64,000 bases of DNA from an uncultured Planctomycetota bacterium (GCA_963823665.1 CAWGMQ010000010.1:576001-640000); one strand, 5' to 3'. Positions 41,094-52,472 are shown, numbered from the stretch's first letter. A program made the numbers and translations. Notes: a model not told the origin generated them from the sequence alone.

Positions 41094-41143
41094 CTCGTTC
41101 CCACGCTCCCGCATGGGAACGGCCATCGTGCCGCTCTGCGGCG
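41094..41143 (+). repeat. REP-like element, family B copy 2
   Basis: CTCGTTCCCACGCTCCCGCATGGGAACG...CCGCTCTGCGGCG. Confidence 0.65.
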
Positions 41144-41421
41144 TGCATGCGTCCGGTCTCGAACGCGGTTCCCGACCGATTCCCACAGACCGACAGATTG
41201 ATGAGCGTCCGCTCCGGCGTGAAGAGCCGTAATTTAATGCGGATGCCCGGCCCGGCGATTTCCCATCGTCCTCGAATCCGCCGCGAGGTAGGGGGTTGCG
41301 AAACGCGACAAACTGATACAATGGTTGGTTATCCGTTCCGCATCGGGTCGCGCAGTCTTACTTGAAAACCGGTGATCTTGGTCGCCCGTTCCAACTCAAA
41401 TCGGAGCGAGGGCACTCATAC

Positions 41422-42945
41422 ATGGCCGAACTCGACGCTGATATGCTGCTCGACCAGGTGACCATGCTCGGCTTGGTCTCGCGCGAGCAGCTCCAGGACG
41501 CCAGGACCGCCGCCGACTCAGCCGCTCCCGACGCGGTCGTCCGCATGCTGCTGCGAAAAGGCTTGCTCACAAGCTGGCAGATCGATCGTCTCAAGAAGGG
41601 TGATCCCAGCGGATTCTTCTTCGGCGACGCCAAGATCCTCTTCCATCTCGCCGAAGGCACATTCGCCCGCGTCTATCGCGGTGAACACACCACCACCAAG
41701 GCTGCTCTTGCCGTGAAGGTGCTCCGCCAGCGCTTCGCCCAGATTCCCGATGCCGTCGATCGCTTCCACAAGGAAGCCGAGGCCGGCATGAAGCTAAATC
41801 ATCCCAACATCGTGCAGGTCATCGACCAGGGGCGGCAGGAGAAACATCATTACATGATCATGGAATACGTCGAGGGCATGAACCTTCGCGATTTCATGAA
41901 GCTGCGCACCCGGATCCCGACCGACCAGGCGCTGCCGCTCATGCTCGGCATGGCGCGCGGGCTCAAGTTCTCGAACCAGCAAGGCGTCACCCATCGCGAC
42001 ATCAAGGGCACCAACATCCTCATCTCCAACCAGGGAGAAGCCAAGCTCGTCGATTTCGGGCTGGCCACGATGCAGGGAGAAGAAAAGCAGCCGGGCGTCA
42101 AGAGCCAGCGCACGGTCGACTACTCGGCGCTCGAGCGCACCTGCAACAGCCCCAAGGGCGACCCCCGCTCCGACATCTACTTCCTGGGCTGCGTCTTCTA
42201 CCAGATGGTCACCGGCCAGCTCCCCATGGAAGAATCCGAAAGCAAGGACATGCTCCGGAAAATGCTCAAACGGTCCTTCGGAGCGATCAAGCCCATCAAC
42301 GAGCACCGCTACGCTCCCGAGGAAGAGCTCGGCGGCATCATCGAAAAGATGATGAAGATCGACTTGAAGGCCCGGTATCAGACCATGGAAGACGTCGTCA
42401 ACGAGCTCGAGAACTTTCAAAGAGACTACGAGGCCGCCAAGGCCGGCGGAGCCGTCAAGAAGAAATCCGAGGAGGATGAAGAATTCATCGACTCGATCTT
42501 TCTCCGCCACGAGCTCGAAAAGCCGGTCGCAGCTCCCCAGCCCGCGAAGCCGGCCCCCAAGCCCGTCCCTTCCAAGAGCATCCTCTGCGTCGAAACCCAG
42601 GCCGAAATCCAGGACGCCTTCCGCAAAACCCTCTCGGCCATGGGATACAGGGTCTACCTCGTCTCCGACGCCGAGGTTGCCGCGGAGCGCTATCGTGAGA
42701 ACCCGGTCGATGCCGTGATCTTCGACTCCGACGGCCAGGACGCCGATTCGTTCGACGCCTTTCTCGATATGCACGAACGCGCCCACGAAGACGGCCATCA
42801 GCTCGTCGCTCTCGTCTTGCTCGGGGTCAAGCAGCACGATCTCCGCGAGCGCCTGCCGTCGGACGACCGGCTCATCGTCCTCGACAAGCCGATCAGGATG
42901 AAGCAGGTTCAAGACGCACTCCAGAACTTGGTGCCCATCCGCTGA
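41422..42945 (+). CDS. Cytoplasmic Ser/Thr kinase with C-terminal receiver-like domain
   Basis: AVK, HRDIKGTN and DFG motifs; C-terminal ILCVE...AVIFD...LDKP. Confidence 0.85.
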   Translation: MAELDADMLLDQVTMLGLVSREQLQDARTAADSAAPDAVVRMLLRKGLLTSWQIDRLKKGDPSGFFFGDAKILFHLAEGTFARVYRGEHTTTKAALAVKVLRQRFAQIPDAVDRFHKEAEAGMKLNHPNIVQVIDQGRQEKHHYMIMEYVEGMNLRDFMKLRTRIPTDQALPLMLGMARGLKFSNQQGVTHRDIKGTNILISNQGEAKLVDFGLATMQGEEKQPGVKSQRTVDYSALERTCNSPKGDPRSDIYFLGCVFYQMVTGQLPMEESESKDMLRKMLKRSFGAIKPINEHRYAPEEELGGIIEKMMKIDLKARYQTMEDVVNELENFQRDYEAAKAGGAVKKKSEEDEEFIDSIFLRHELEKPVAAPQPAKPAPKPVPSKSILCVETQAEIQDAFRKTLSAMGYRVYLVSDAEVAAERYRENPVDAVIFDSDGQDADSFDAFLDMHERAHEDGHQLVALVLLGVKQHDLRERLPSDDRLIVLDKPIRMKQVQDALQNLVPIR

Positions 42946-42955
42946 AGCGTATGAA

Positions 42956-43933
42956 ATGAATCCGTTCTCCTCTGGCGGTGCGATGTTCGCAATCAGCGTG
43001 GCGATTCATCTCCTGGGCCAGGTTGCGACCGCCCCCAATCTCCCCGGCGCGCCGACCGCCGAACAGAAGGCCGTGGCATTCCTCGTCCGCGAGGTGCCGC
43101 GCTGGTCTCGCCAGAACCACTGCTTCTCCTGCCACAACAACGGTGACGCCGCCCGGGCTCTCTTCCAGGCATCCAGGGCCGGCATCCGGGTTCCCGACGA
43201 TGCCCTCACCGATACGGTCACTTGGCTCCAGAAGCCGGAAGCCTGGGACCATAATGGCGGGGAAGGCCCGTTCGTCGACAAACGCCTGGCCCGTGTGGCG
43301 TTCACAGGAGCGCTTGCGGCCGCGGTCTCAACGAGCAGGCTCAAGGATCGCAAAGCCCTGTTGAAGGCCGCCGAGCTGCTTGCACGCGACCAGGCCGCTG
43401 ACGGATCGTGGCATCTCGAAGGAGAAGACTCCACGAGCGCACCGGCAAACTACGGCCGCCCGCTGGCCACGCTCCTGGCCAGGGAATGCCTTGCCACCGC
43501 CGAGCCAGCACGCTTTCACACCGCCATCGATCGCGCCGACGCCTGGCTCGGAAATCGCAAAACGCAAAACGTGACGGACGCCTCGGTCGCTCTTCTGTGG
43601 CTGTCCACCGCCCCGCGCCCATCCGACGCCAAGCTCCGCCCCCGCGCACTCGAAGTGCTCGCGCGCGCCCAGTCCCCAGACGGCGGCTGGGGCCCCGACG
43701 CCTTCTCACCCCCCGAACCCTTCGACACCGCGCTCGCTCTGCTCGCCCTCGCGAAATGCGAGCCCTCCGGGGCAGTAAAATCCATGATCACCAGCGGCCG
43801 CAAGTTCCTGATCAAGGATCAGCGCGACGACGGAAGCTGGCCCGAAACCACGCGTCCGCCCGGCATCGTCAGCTACGCCGAGCGAATCTCCACCGCCGGC
43901 TGGGCCACCCTAGCCCTCGTTGCCACCAGATAA
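42956..43933 (+). CDS. Prenyltransferase/squalene cyclase-like repeat protein
   Basis: QW-type repeats QAADGSW, QSPDGGW and QRDDGSW; N-terminal CFSCH. Confidence 0.8.
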   Translation: MNPFSSGGAMFAISVAIHLLGQVATAPNLPGAPTAEQKAVAFLVREVPRWSRQNHCFSCHNNGDAARALFQASRAGIRVPDDALTDTVTWLQKPEAWDHNGGEGPFVDKRLARVAFTGALAAAVSTSRLKDRKALLKAAELLARDQAADGSWHLEGEDSTSAPANYGRPLATLLARECLATAEPARFHTAIDRADAWLGNRKTQNVTDASVALLWLSTAPRPSDAKLRPRALEVLARAQSPDGGWGPDAFSPPEPFDTALALLALAKCEPSGAVKSMITSGRKFLIKDQRDDGSWPETTRPPGIVSYAERISTAGWATLALVATR

Positions 43934-44252
43934 AAGGTGTCAGTCCATGACGACGTGGTTCAGCTCGCGCCTGATACCGACTTGCCAGTCCGCGAGAACG
44001 CGCGGCGAATTCTCCGGCGCATGGCCGAAGGCGCGAAACGAGAGCGCCTCGGTCTAGCCATCAACCGGACAGCAGCCACACCCCACATGCCGCCCGGCCC
44101 AATCGATTGATACAATCATCTGACGGTGGCCTCCGATATCCACGGACTGATCCGCGCGTCAAGCAATCGCGCCGGGCCGCGTTCATGATCTCGGCGGACG
44201 CCAATCATCCCACACGATAGCACCGCATTCGCCTCGTGAGCCGGAGCATTCG

Positions 44253-45974
44253 ATGCCCACCAAATTCGCGGCGATCTGCATCATCCTGCTGTTCCCAGCA
44301 CCGATCCGATCAGACCCTTCGCCACCCGTCGAACCCAACCCCTTCCCCGTCACAATCCGCATCGACGCCTCACGAGAAATCGGCTCCCTGCCCCCCATCT
44401 GGCGATTCTTCGGTGCCGACGAGCCCAACTACGCCTATATGAAAGACGGCCAGAAACTGCTGACACAGCTCGGCCGCCTTCGCCCGGGATCAGTCTGCTT
44501 CCGCACGCACAACCTGCTGACCTCCGGCGATGGCACACCGGCCCTGAAATGGGGATCCACCGGCGCCTATGCCGAAGACCCGCAGGGCCGCCCGGTTTAC
44601 AACTGGTCGATCGTCGACCGGATCTTTGACACCTACCTCGAGCGCGGCGTGCACCCCTACGTGCAGATCGGCTTCATGCCCAGGGAATTCTCGATCAAGC
44701 CCGAGCCCTACCAGCATCGCTGGACACCTTCCGCCAGATATGATGAGATCTACACGGGCTGGTCCTACCCCCCCAAGGACTATGCAAAATGGGCCGAGCT
44801 GGTCTACCAGTGGACGAAGCACTGCATCGAGAAGTACGGCCGCAACGAAGTCGAGTCGTGGTACTGGGAAACATGGAACGAAGCCAACATCGGCTACTGG
44901 CGCGGCACGCCCGAGGAATTCCGCAAGCTGCACGACTATGCCATCGACGCCGTCAAGCGGGCGCTCCCGACGGCGCGGGTCGGCGGCGCCGACTCGGCCG
45001 GCAGCGGCGGCAAGTTCACCCGTGACTTCCTCGAGCACTGCCTGCGCGGGACCAACTTCGCAACCGGCAAGCCCGGCACGCCGATCGATTTCGTCTCGTT
45101 CCACGCCAAGGGCTCGCCGACCTTCTTCGACGGCCACGTCCGCATGGGAATCGCCAACCAGCTTCGGACGATCAATGACGGCTTCCGCATCGTCGCTTCC
45201 TTCCCTGAGCTCAAGGGTAAGCCGATCATCATCGGCGAGTCCGACCCTGACGGCTGCGCCGCCTGCCAGGGCCCGCAGCTCGGTTATCGCAACGGCACGA
45301 TGTACTCGAGCTACACGGCCGCGAGCTTCGCCCGCAAGTATGAACTCGCCCAGCGCCACGGTGTGAACCTCGAAGGCGCCCTGACGTGGGCTTTTGAATT
45401 TGAAGGCCAGCCGTATTTCGCCGGTTTCCGGGTGCTGGCGACGAACGGCATCGACCTACCGGTCATGAACGTGTTCCGCATGTTCAGCCTGATGGGCGGC
45501 CGCCGCCTCGAAGCGCGAAGCTCCGGAGCAATACCGCTCGACGCCATCCTCTCGAGCGGCGTCCGCGGCGATCCCGACGTCTCCGCGCTTGCCGCGCTCG
45601 ATGGCGAAGGAAAAACGCTCTCCGTCCTGATCTGGCATTACCATGACGACGACGTCGCCGGCCCCGACGCGGCGGTCTCGCTCGAGATCAGCGGCCTGCC
45701 CGATGCAGCCGGTCCGTTCCTGCTTCACCACTACCGCGTCGATCGCCTCCACAGCAACGCGTTCGAGGTATGGAAACGCATGGGCTCGCCCCCTCAGCCA
45801 GCGCCCGAGCAATACGCCGAGCTCGCCCGCGCCTCGCAGCTCGCGCTCCTCGACTCGCCGGAATGGCTGCGGGCCCAGCGCGGCGTGCTCAAGCTCGAAT
45901 TGAATCTACCACGCCAGGCGGTATCACTGCTCAGAATCGAGCGCGGCGCCCCTGCCTCGATCTCCAGGCCTTGA
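44253..45974 (+). CDS. Secreted GH39 beta-xylosidase-like glycoside hydrolase
   Basis: Signal peptide, YNWSIVDRIFD, WNE acid/base and IIGESDP nucleophile region. Confidence 0.9.
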   Translation: MPTKFAAICIILLFPAPIRSDPSPPVEPNPFPVTIRIDASREIGSLPPIWRFFGADEPNYAYMKDGQKLLTQLGRLRPGSVCFRTHNLLTSGDGTPALKWGSTGAYAEDPQGRPVYNWSIVDRIFDTYLERGVHPYVQIGFMPREFSIKPEPYQHRWTPSARYDEIYTGWSYPPKDYAKWAELVYQWTKHCIEKYGRNEVESWYWETWNEANIGYWRGTPEEFRKLHDYAIDAVKRALPTARVGGADSAGSGGKFTRDFLEHCLRGTNFATGKPGTPIDFVSFHAKGSPTFFDGHVRMGIANQLRTINDGFRIVASFPELKGKPIIIGESDPDGCAACQGPQLGYRNGTMYSSYTAASFARKYELAQRHGVNLEGALTWAFEFEGQPYFAGFRVLATNGIDLPVMNVFRMFSLMGGRRLEARSSGAIPLDAILSSGVRGDPDVSALAALDGEGKTLSVLIWHYHDDDVAGPDAAVSLEISGLPDAAGPFLLHHYRVDRLHSNAFEVWKRMGSPPQPAPEQYAELARASQLALLDSPEWLRAQRGVLKLELNLPRQAVSLLRIERGAPASISRP

Positions 45975-46029
45975 GAAGAGTACCCCCAAGCACCGAGGGA
46001 ACCCTCGCACTGTCTCTCCCGGCGGAAGC

Positions 46030-46130
46030 CGGCACGGGAATCGAGAAGATCACGCCGGCGTCGAAGATCGTGCCGTCGCCGTCTTTCCCACCGTCGGATG
46101 TCATGCCGTACAAGGTCGAGAGGTCGAGCG
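46030..46130 (-). pseudogene. Isolated remnant of a GloVer-type (LYGxTxxGG...GTIF) repeat protein
   Basis: STLYGMTSDGGKDGDGTIFDAGVIFSIPV occurs as a single repeat without a plausible gene. Confidence 0.45.
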
Positions 46131-46821
46131 TGAGCGAAACCGCGGGCCAATATGTCTTTCGCGCGACCGAGCGAAACCCGCTAGGCCGATCGCGCCTACA
46201 GCAGCCACGGAATGAGTCGGTCACGCTCGTCCTGCGTCGGCGTGAGGCCGACGACCCGGCAGCCATCGAGCGCGGCCATGACCTCACCTTTGAGGATCAA
46301 GGTAAGGAGGTCGTAGTCCGGTATCACGCGGCTCACTTCCCGCTCGATCTCTTCCGGCGAGAGCGATGTGCAGGCGTGATACAGCGAGGCGTAGCCGCAA
46401 ATCGTCCGAGCCGTCCAGCGGCCGACCGCGTCGAGCTCGGTGTCAGCCGCGAAATCCGCGCCGCCGGGCGCCGGCGCAGCCCGGTAGTGAAGCTCACAAA
46501 TACCATCCGCATCGCGATCACCACCGGCAGTTCGCAAGGCTCCATTTCCGCGGCGCTCCTGATTAAGGCGACTCGCATCCCACCAAAGTCTCTTGGCGCA
46601 TCATCTGATTCCGGAGATGTACCCAGGCCACGCATCCACGCGGAAGATCCTCTCGCCGGTCGCGATAAAGTAAGCCCATATCGCCGATCGTATGGCCTTA
46701 TTAAGGAATCGCCAATTTGGCGACGGGAGTTGCGTTTTTTTTGTGCTAAACCGCAGGAATTGGCGAACCACCGTGCTGATACATGGAAAGAGAGCCCATC
46801 CCGCAACCCCCTGCGATGCGC

Positions 46822-47205
46822 TCACGGTATCGTCGCAGGCGCCCCCGGCTTCCGCCTCAGCTCGATTTCGGATCCCTGAGCTCGAAGTTTCAATCCAAAA
46901 GAACGTGCAAGCGCGGGATCAACTTCATCGAGCGCCTTCTTGAGCTTCGCAGCGTCCGGAACAACGAGTGACTCGTCCCCGCCGATTTGCCGGATGAACA
47001 GACGTCCGTCCGCCTTGTAGTCGACCGTGATGGTTGCCCCTTCGGCGAGCTTCACGCCATCAATGGACACGACAACCCACTCCCCGAACAGGTCCTTTGC
47101 CGGCCTAGCCGGGCCACCCGGTCCGGACCACCCTCCGCGCAGCAGCAAGAACCCAACGGCCACGACGGAGCAAAGAGCGAATAGCCTTGACAGTCGCGCC
47201 ACCAC
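46822..47205 (-). CDS. Hypothetical small exported protein
   Basis: Hydrophobic N-terminus and lipocalin-like LFGEWVVVSIDG. Confidence 0.5.
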   Translation of the reverse strand: MVARLSRLFALCSVVAVGFLLLRGGWSGPGGPARPAKDLFGEWVVVSIDGVKLAEGATITVDYKADGRLFIRQIGGDESLVVPDAAKLKKALDEVDPALARSFGLKLRAQGSEIELRRKPGAPATIP

Positions 47206-47645
47206 GCTGGAACCACGGGCGAATCCACGAATCACAGCAATCCGCCTCGAAATAGGAGCCGATATGCGGCAGGCAACCTGGAGACCTGGCCATGCCGTTC
47301 TCGTTGAAGCTAACACCCTGATCGGTCGAAAAGCCAGCATATCCAGGCCGCACCTCCCGCTGGAATGGGCGTGCACGCGCGCGATTGTGCGTCCCCCAAT
47401 TCTCGGCCCGTGCAGTCTCTCGCGTGAGCTTCATCGCGCTGGAACGAGAAGCCGCTGAAGCGCACGTGGAGTTCGCGGCCGCGATGTGATAATTTGTGCC
47501 AACCTCGATTGACGCAGCCGCATCGCGATCGAGCTGGCATCCCACGGCAGTGCTCATCATCGCGTTTTCTCCCTTGTTCTTCGCAGGACACGTCGTCATC
47601 GGCGAGTTGCGGAAGAACAGTGAACGGAAGCCAGCAGCGGGCTGA

Positions 47646-47667
47646 GTAGGTCAGGCGTTAGCCTGAC
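47646..47667 (+). repeat. GTAG-type REP-like hairpin
   Basis: GTAG followed by GTCAGGC-GTTA-GCCTGAC. Confidence 0.55.
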
Positions 47668-47757
47668 GATTTTCTTAAATAGATGGCTAGGCGGCCGCAT
47701 CGAAGGAGCCTCCACCCGTCTCAATAATAGTCAGAATCAAAACACCCACGGTCCACC

Positions 47758-49020
47758 ATGCCAAGAGTCTGCCTTCACCTCAACGCCACCAACGAGTGGT
47801 GGGGCTATGCCAAGTCGTTCAGCGGCTTGGGCACGGAGTACGCCCTGGTCTGTACCGCTTGCTCCGCATTTCCAGAGACAATTGAGGCCAGCCTGCGGTC
47901 AGTCTCAATCGAGCGGTTCGCGCAGATTGAAGAAAATGGCGACTGGGAACCCGGACGCAACGCGATACTCGGCAAACCTCAAGTTCTGGAACGCCCGGAA
48001 CCGCTCTCGTTCCGCCACGCAGAGATCGCCCAGGCTGGCTCGTTGCCGGGAACAATCTCCGACTTGAAGCCCATGGCAACGTCACGCAGCGCCGCATGCT
48101 TGATCTTGACCGACGAGGGCGATGTGCTCGTCATCAGACCGCATGAAAGATCGCTCCGTAGACTCCTGAACGTTCACGAAGTCTCGCCAACGCTCACCCC
48201 GAGATTGTCGCTCGGCGTCTCACCTCTAGGCGACATGGCTGCAATCGTCGAGGCGCGAGGCCGGCGCGGATTCGTGGTCAATCTGGAGAGCGGTCGAAAG
48301 ACCATGGACATGGACCGCGGCGATTACCATCCCGAGCAAACCGAATTCCCCTCGGCCTTCTTCGAGTCCGGCGGCCAACTGCGACTCGTCCATGGAACCG
48401 GCTGGAACCGGCTGGATATCTCCGATCCCAGGACTGGATTGAAATTCACCGATCGGTCACCGACGTCCTATGAGCGGGGCGAAGCGCGGCCCGAACATTA
48501 CCTCGATTACTTCCACGGAGAGCTCTCCGTCTCGCCGGGGGGCGAGCGCATTGTCGACAACGGCTGGGCCTGGCATCCCGTTGGTGGCGTCGCGATCTGG
48601 AGCCTCGGGCGGTGGGCCGAAGAAAACCGCTGGGAGTCTGAAGACGGTCCCTCGAGGCAAGTCCTCTGCTGGCGAGACTATTACTGGGGCGGACCGCTCT
48701 GCTGGGTCGACGATCGCATGTTGGCGGTCTGGGGCTATGGCAATTACGTCGAAAACCTCATCCCCGCCGCGCAGATCTTCGACACCCAAACCGGCCGGCT
48801 CATCCGCTGGTTCGCCGGGCCGGTGGGAACATTCGCCTTCGATCGCTATCTTTTCTCCTCTTCGCCCGAGGCCGGCACTTCTGTTTGGGATATTGCATCA
48901 GGCGAACGCGTGCTGCACGACGCCGCTTTCAATCCGACATGCTTCCATCCCGGAACACGTGAGTTCATCACGCTGACAACCAGCGGTGGACTTCGTCTGA
49001 GCCGGCTCGTTGAAGCTTGA
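47758..49020 (+). CDS. Hypothetical beta-propeller-like protein
   Basis: Clean 420 aa ORF; VSPxG and WD-like strands; N-terminal C/H residues. Confidence 0.7.
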   Translation: MPRVCLHLNATNEWWGYAKSFSGLGTEYALVCTACSAFPETIEASLRSVSIERFAQIEENGDWEPGRNAILGKPQVLERPEPLSFRHAEIAQAGSLPGTISDLKPMATSRSAACLILTDEGDVLVIRPHERSLRRLLNVHEVSPTLTPRLSLGVSPLGDMAAIVEARGRRGFVVNLESGRKTMDMDRGDYHPEQTEFPSAFFESGGQLRLVHGTGWNRLDISDPRTGLKFTDRSPTSYERGEARPEHYLDYFHGELSVSPGGERIVDNGWAWHPVGGVAIWSLGRWAEENRWESEDGPSRQVLCWRDYYWGGPLCWVDDRMLAVWGYGNYVENLIPAAQIFDTQTGRLIRWFAGPVGTFAFDRYLFSSSPEAGTSVWDIASGERVLHDAAFNPTCFHPGTREFITLTTSGGLRLSRLVEA

Positions 49021-49205
49021 GCAGTGACTCCGTAGAACCACATCCTGCCGATATTCCGGTCAGCGAAGCATGGGATTTACAAATGGATATCCGTGAACAG
49101 TTAGGCCATTCCGCCGGCGGCACGGATTCAACCTCCGCTTGACCTCCGCTACTCCCGTCGTCAGACTTCTTCGAGACACTTGCGGCTGCGAGGAGGACGC
49201 ACGCA

Positions 49206-50331
49206 ATGAATTTCGAACAGTTGCTCAAGTTCGGCGTTGATCAGGGTGCGTCGGCCATTCATCTCCAGGCGGAGTCGTCCCCACAGTTGCGTATCGGGGG
49301 GCTGATGCGCAACGTCGAAGGCTCTCCACTGAAAGCCGATGAGCTGAAGGCGTTCATTACCTCGATCGGCCCGAAGTCCGTCGTCGACGATATCGATCGG
49401 TCACTGGCGTCCGGATCGATCTTCTCGACATCGCTCGCGGCCGGCCGGTTCCGCTGCACCATCTTCAATCAGATCGGCGGGCCAAGCCTCGTGCTGCGGC
49501 TGATTCCCTCGACGATCAAAAGCATCGAGGAGCTGAACCTGCCGCGGGCCGTCCGCGAGATCGCGCTGGCTAGCCGCGGGCTCACCCTCGTCGTCGGCCC
49601 CAATGGAAGCGGCAAGAGCACAACCCTGGCCGCGATGGTCGACGTGATCAACGCGGCCTCCTACCAGAAGATCGTGACAATTGAGAACCCCGTCGAAATC
49701 CTTCACGCGAACAAGAAAGCCATGATGACCCAGATGGAGGTCGGGCGGAACGTCACCTCGTTCGAGCACGGTGTCGGCCTGGCGCTAACGCAGGACGCGG
49801 ACGTGATCGTCGTCGGCGATCTTCGCGAGGAAGCGGTGGCGCGGATGGTACTCGGCGCGGCTGAGGCTGGCCAGAGAGTCCTGGCCGTCATGACCGGCCT
49901 TAACGCCACCCAGGCGATTGCACGGTTCGTCTCGTTGTTCCCGCTCGACCAGAGGGAGACCGCGCTCTCCCAACTGGCCACTGCACTCGGGGGGGTCATC
50001 GCTCAGCAGCTCGCCAAGACGCGCGATGGCAAGTTCCGGCCCGCCGTCGAGGTGTTCCGCGGTGGAGCGGCGGTGTCCCAGTCCATCCTGGATAACCGTC
50101 TCCAGGATCTCAGGCATCAAATCGCGAGCCGCCAGGGCGGGATGCAGTCCCTCGACCAGCACCTGATCGAGTTGAACCGGTCCGGCGTGATCAGTGGCAC
50201 GGAGACGATGCGATTGGCCACCAACCCCGAGGCCGTGGGCACTCGAGCTTCGCGCCGTCCGTCAAGTGAATCCCGCCCCGGCGCCTGCCGACCCGGATCT
50301 TCCTTGGCCCGAAGAGGCTCTCAAAAAATAG
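49206..50331 (+). CDS. PilT/PilU-like ATPase with degenerate motifs, frameshift near 50241
   Basis: Walker A GPNGSGKSTT, IHL and GMQSLDQHL; the shifted frame ends PWPEEALKK*. Confidence 0.85.
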
Positions 50332-50366
50332 TTGGCCGGGTAAGAGTCCCTGACATGATGATCAAC

Positions 50367-51408
50367 ATGATGAAGGCCATACGCAGACTACCACTGATCG
50401 CCGCCGCGCTCGTAAGTGCGGCATTTCTCGCAGCAACAATTGTGCAAGCAGCCGACCCGCTCCCCTCGTGGAACGACCGTCCGGCCAAACAATCCATCAT
50501 CACTTTCGTCGAAAAGGTCACAAAACCCGGCTCGGCCGATTTTGTGCCGGTGCCGGAACGCATCGCCACTTTTGACAACGATGGCACGCTCTGGTGCGAG
50601 CAGCCGCTGCCCGTTCAACTCTTCTTCGCGCTCGACCGCGTGAAGGTGCTTGCGCCGCAGCATCCCGAATGGAAGGACAAGGAACCGTTTGCCTCGCTGC
50701 TTAAGGGTGATTTGAAATCGGCGCTCGTCGGCGGCCGCAGCGCGGCGCTGGAGATTTTGTCGGTCACGCACGCGGGCATGACCACGGTGGAATTCGAGCA
50801 GATCGTCAAGGACTGGATCGCGACCGCGAAGACATCCGAAATACAAGAAGCTCTACACCGAGCTGGTCTATCAGCCGATGCTCGAGCTGCTGGCCTATCT
50901 GCGGGCAAATGGCTTCAAGACCTTCATCGTCTCCGGCGGCGGCATCGAGTTCATGCGCCCGTGGGCCGAGCAGGTTTACGGCATCCCGCCGGAACAGGTC
51001 GTCGGCAGCAGCATCAAGACGAAGTTTGAACTGCGCGACGGCAAACCCGTGCTTGTGCGTCTGCCGGAGCTGAACTTCATCGACGACAAGGCGGGCAAGC
51101 CGCTCGGCATCAACCTGCACATCGGCCGCCGGCCGATCGCCGCGTTCGGCAACTCCGATGGCGACCGCGAGATGCTGGAATACACGCAGGGCGGCAGCGG
51201 CGCGCGGTTCATGCTGCTGGTGCTGCACGATGATGCGGAACGCGAATACGCATATGGCCCGGCTCAGGGATTGCCGGACGTCCAGCTTGGTGCCTTCACG
51301 CCGGCGCTTTACGAGCAAGCGAAGAAAGACGGCTGGACGGTTGTCAGCATGAAGGACGATTGGAAGACCGTCTTCGCGTCCCCCGCAGGCTCCGGGCAGG
51401 GCCATTGA
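50367..51408 (+). CDS. Secreted HAD-superfamily hydrolase, frameshift near 50831
   Basis: Signal peptide; FDNDGTLW, IVSGGG and FGNSDGD motifs. Confidence 0.9.
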
Positions 51409-51447
51409 TATCCTGCTCGAGCTGGACGCCACGAGGAGACGGTGACG

Positions 51448-52416
51448 ATGACGAGTGAGCGAACCCCGATTAGCCGCGAGACTTTGGACCAGCGGATTCG
51501 TTCCGAGGTGGCGGCGCTAGAAGGCCATGACCTGGATTGGTGGCACGCCCATCGAGTCGAGCCGTTCCTACTCCCGCGCTGGAGTCTTTCACCCTACGCT
51601 GTGGCGCTGAGCGACGGAATCGCTCTTGTCTTCTTCGACGTTCTTGACGAATTCGGCAGCTATAGCCCAGAGCGCTGGAACGACAGCCTCATCCTTTACG
51701 GGAGTCTAGCCGATGCGGTGCGTCGCCTGGCGACAAGAGATTCGATGACGCGCGTATTCGCCGAAACGACCGCGTCCCTGCTGCGACTGGGAATCCTTGA
51801 TCGTGGCGACAGTGATGCTAAGAGCCAGGCGATGGAAGCCCTGGCCGCATTCGGGCCCGCTGCGGCGGTTGCGGTCCCCAAGATAGTCGAGATCATGAGT
51901 CAAGAGGCGCTTGCCGCCGGGTTGCATGAACAGGCGGTAGCGACGCTGGCCAAAATTGGTCCGGGGGCCGCTGACGCTGTTCCGAAGCTGATCATGATGG
52001 CCGAACTCGACACGGCCAACGCCAGGGCTCGGTGCCTGACAGCATTCGAATCGATCGGACCCGCTGCCGTTGCGGCAGTTCCGTTTCTGATCGACTTCCT
52101 GATGCATCGACCACCTTTCGACCCAGACCCGTTCGACATCAAGATGACCGCGGACGCCCTGGGGAACATCATGGCACTGGAAGCGCTTCCGGCTCTCCTC
52201 CAGACCCTTGCCGAGACGGATGATCCGGAAGTCGCGTTCTCCATCATACGAGCCATCGGAAAGCTCGGCCCTGACGCAACCAAAGCTGCGCCGATACTCG
52301 CAGCGTTCGTCGGCAGTCATCCCGAGGACAGCCGGTTCCGGGAGGACGCGTTCGTCCAGAAGGCCGCCAGCGAGGCCCTCCGTCGAGTCGTCAGACCGAG
52401 ACCGGTCAATCCGTAG
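51448..52416 (+). CDS. HEAT/PBS-lyase repeat protein
   Basis: Repeated LxxIGPxAxxAVPxL units; GAGGAG SD. Confidence 0.8.
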   Translation: MTSERTPISRETLDQRIRSEVAALEGHDLDWWHAHRVEPFLLPRWSLSPYAVALSDGIALVFFDVLDEFGSYSPERWNDSLILYGSLADAVRRLATRDSMTRVFAETTASLLRLGILDRGDSDAKSQAMEALAAFGPAAAVAVPKIVEIMSQEALAAGLHEQAVATLAKIGPGAADAVPKLIMMAELDTANARARCLTAFESIGPAAVAAVPFLIDFLMHRPPFDPDPFDIKMTADALGNIMALEALPALLQTLAETDDPEVAFSIIRAIGKLGPDATKAAPILAAFVGSHPEDSRFREDAFVQKAASEALRRVVRPRPVNP

Positions 52417-52421
52417 TTGGC

Positions 52422-52472
52422 CAGAAGTGCACCTATGTTCGGGCCTGGCTCGACGACGTCCTCGGCGGCTGA
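52422..52472 (+). pseudogene. 3' remnant of an ECF sigma factor (TIGR02999-like), copy 1
   Basis: QKCTYVRAWLDDVLGG*; homologous to 63849-63899; lies just upstream of a kinase gene. Confidence 0.65.

Noticed and set aside
43120..43140. CFSCH as a cytochrome c heme site
   Set aside because: A single CxxCH in a prenyltransferase-fold protein, with no other cytochrome features or maturation genes nearby.
46196..46806. Short ORFs downstream of the GH39 gene
   Set aside because: No recognisable motifs or ribosome-binding sites; probably decayed sequence.
49206..51029. PilT-HAD fusion protein
   Set aside because: A frameshift near 50241 hides the PilT stop at 50331, and the HAD gene has its own signal peptide.
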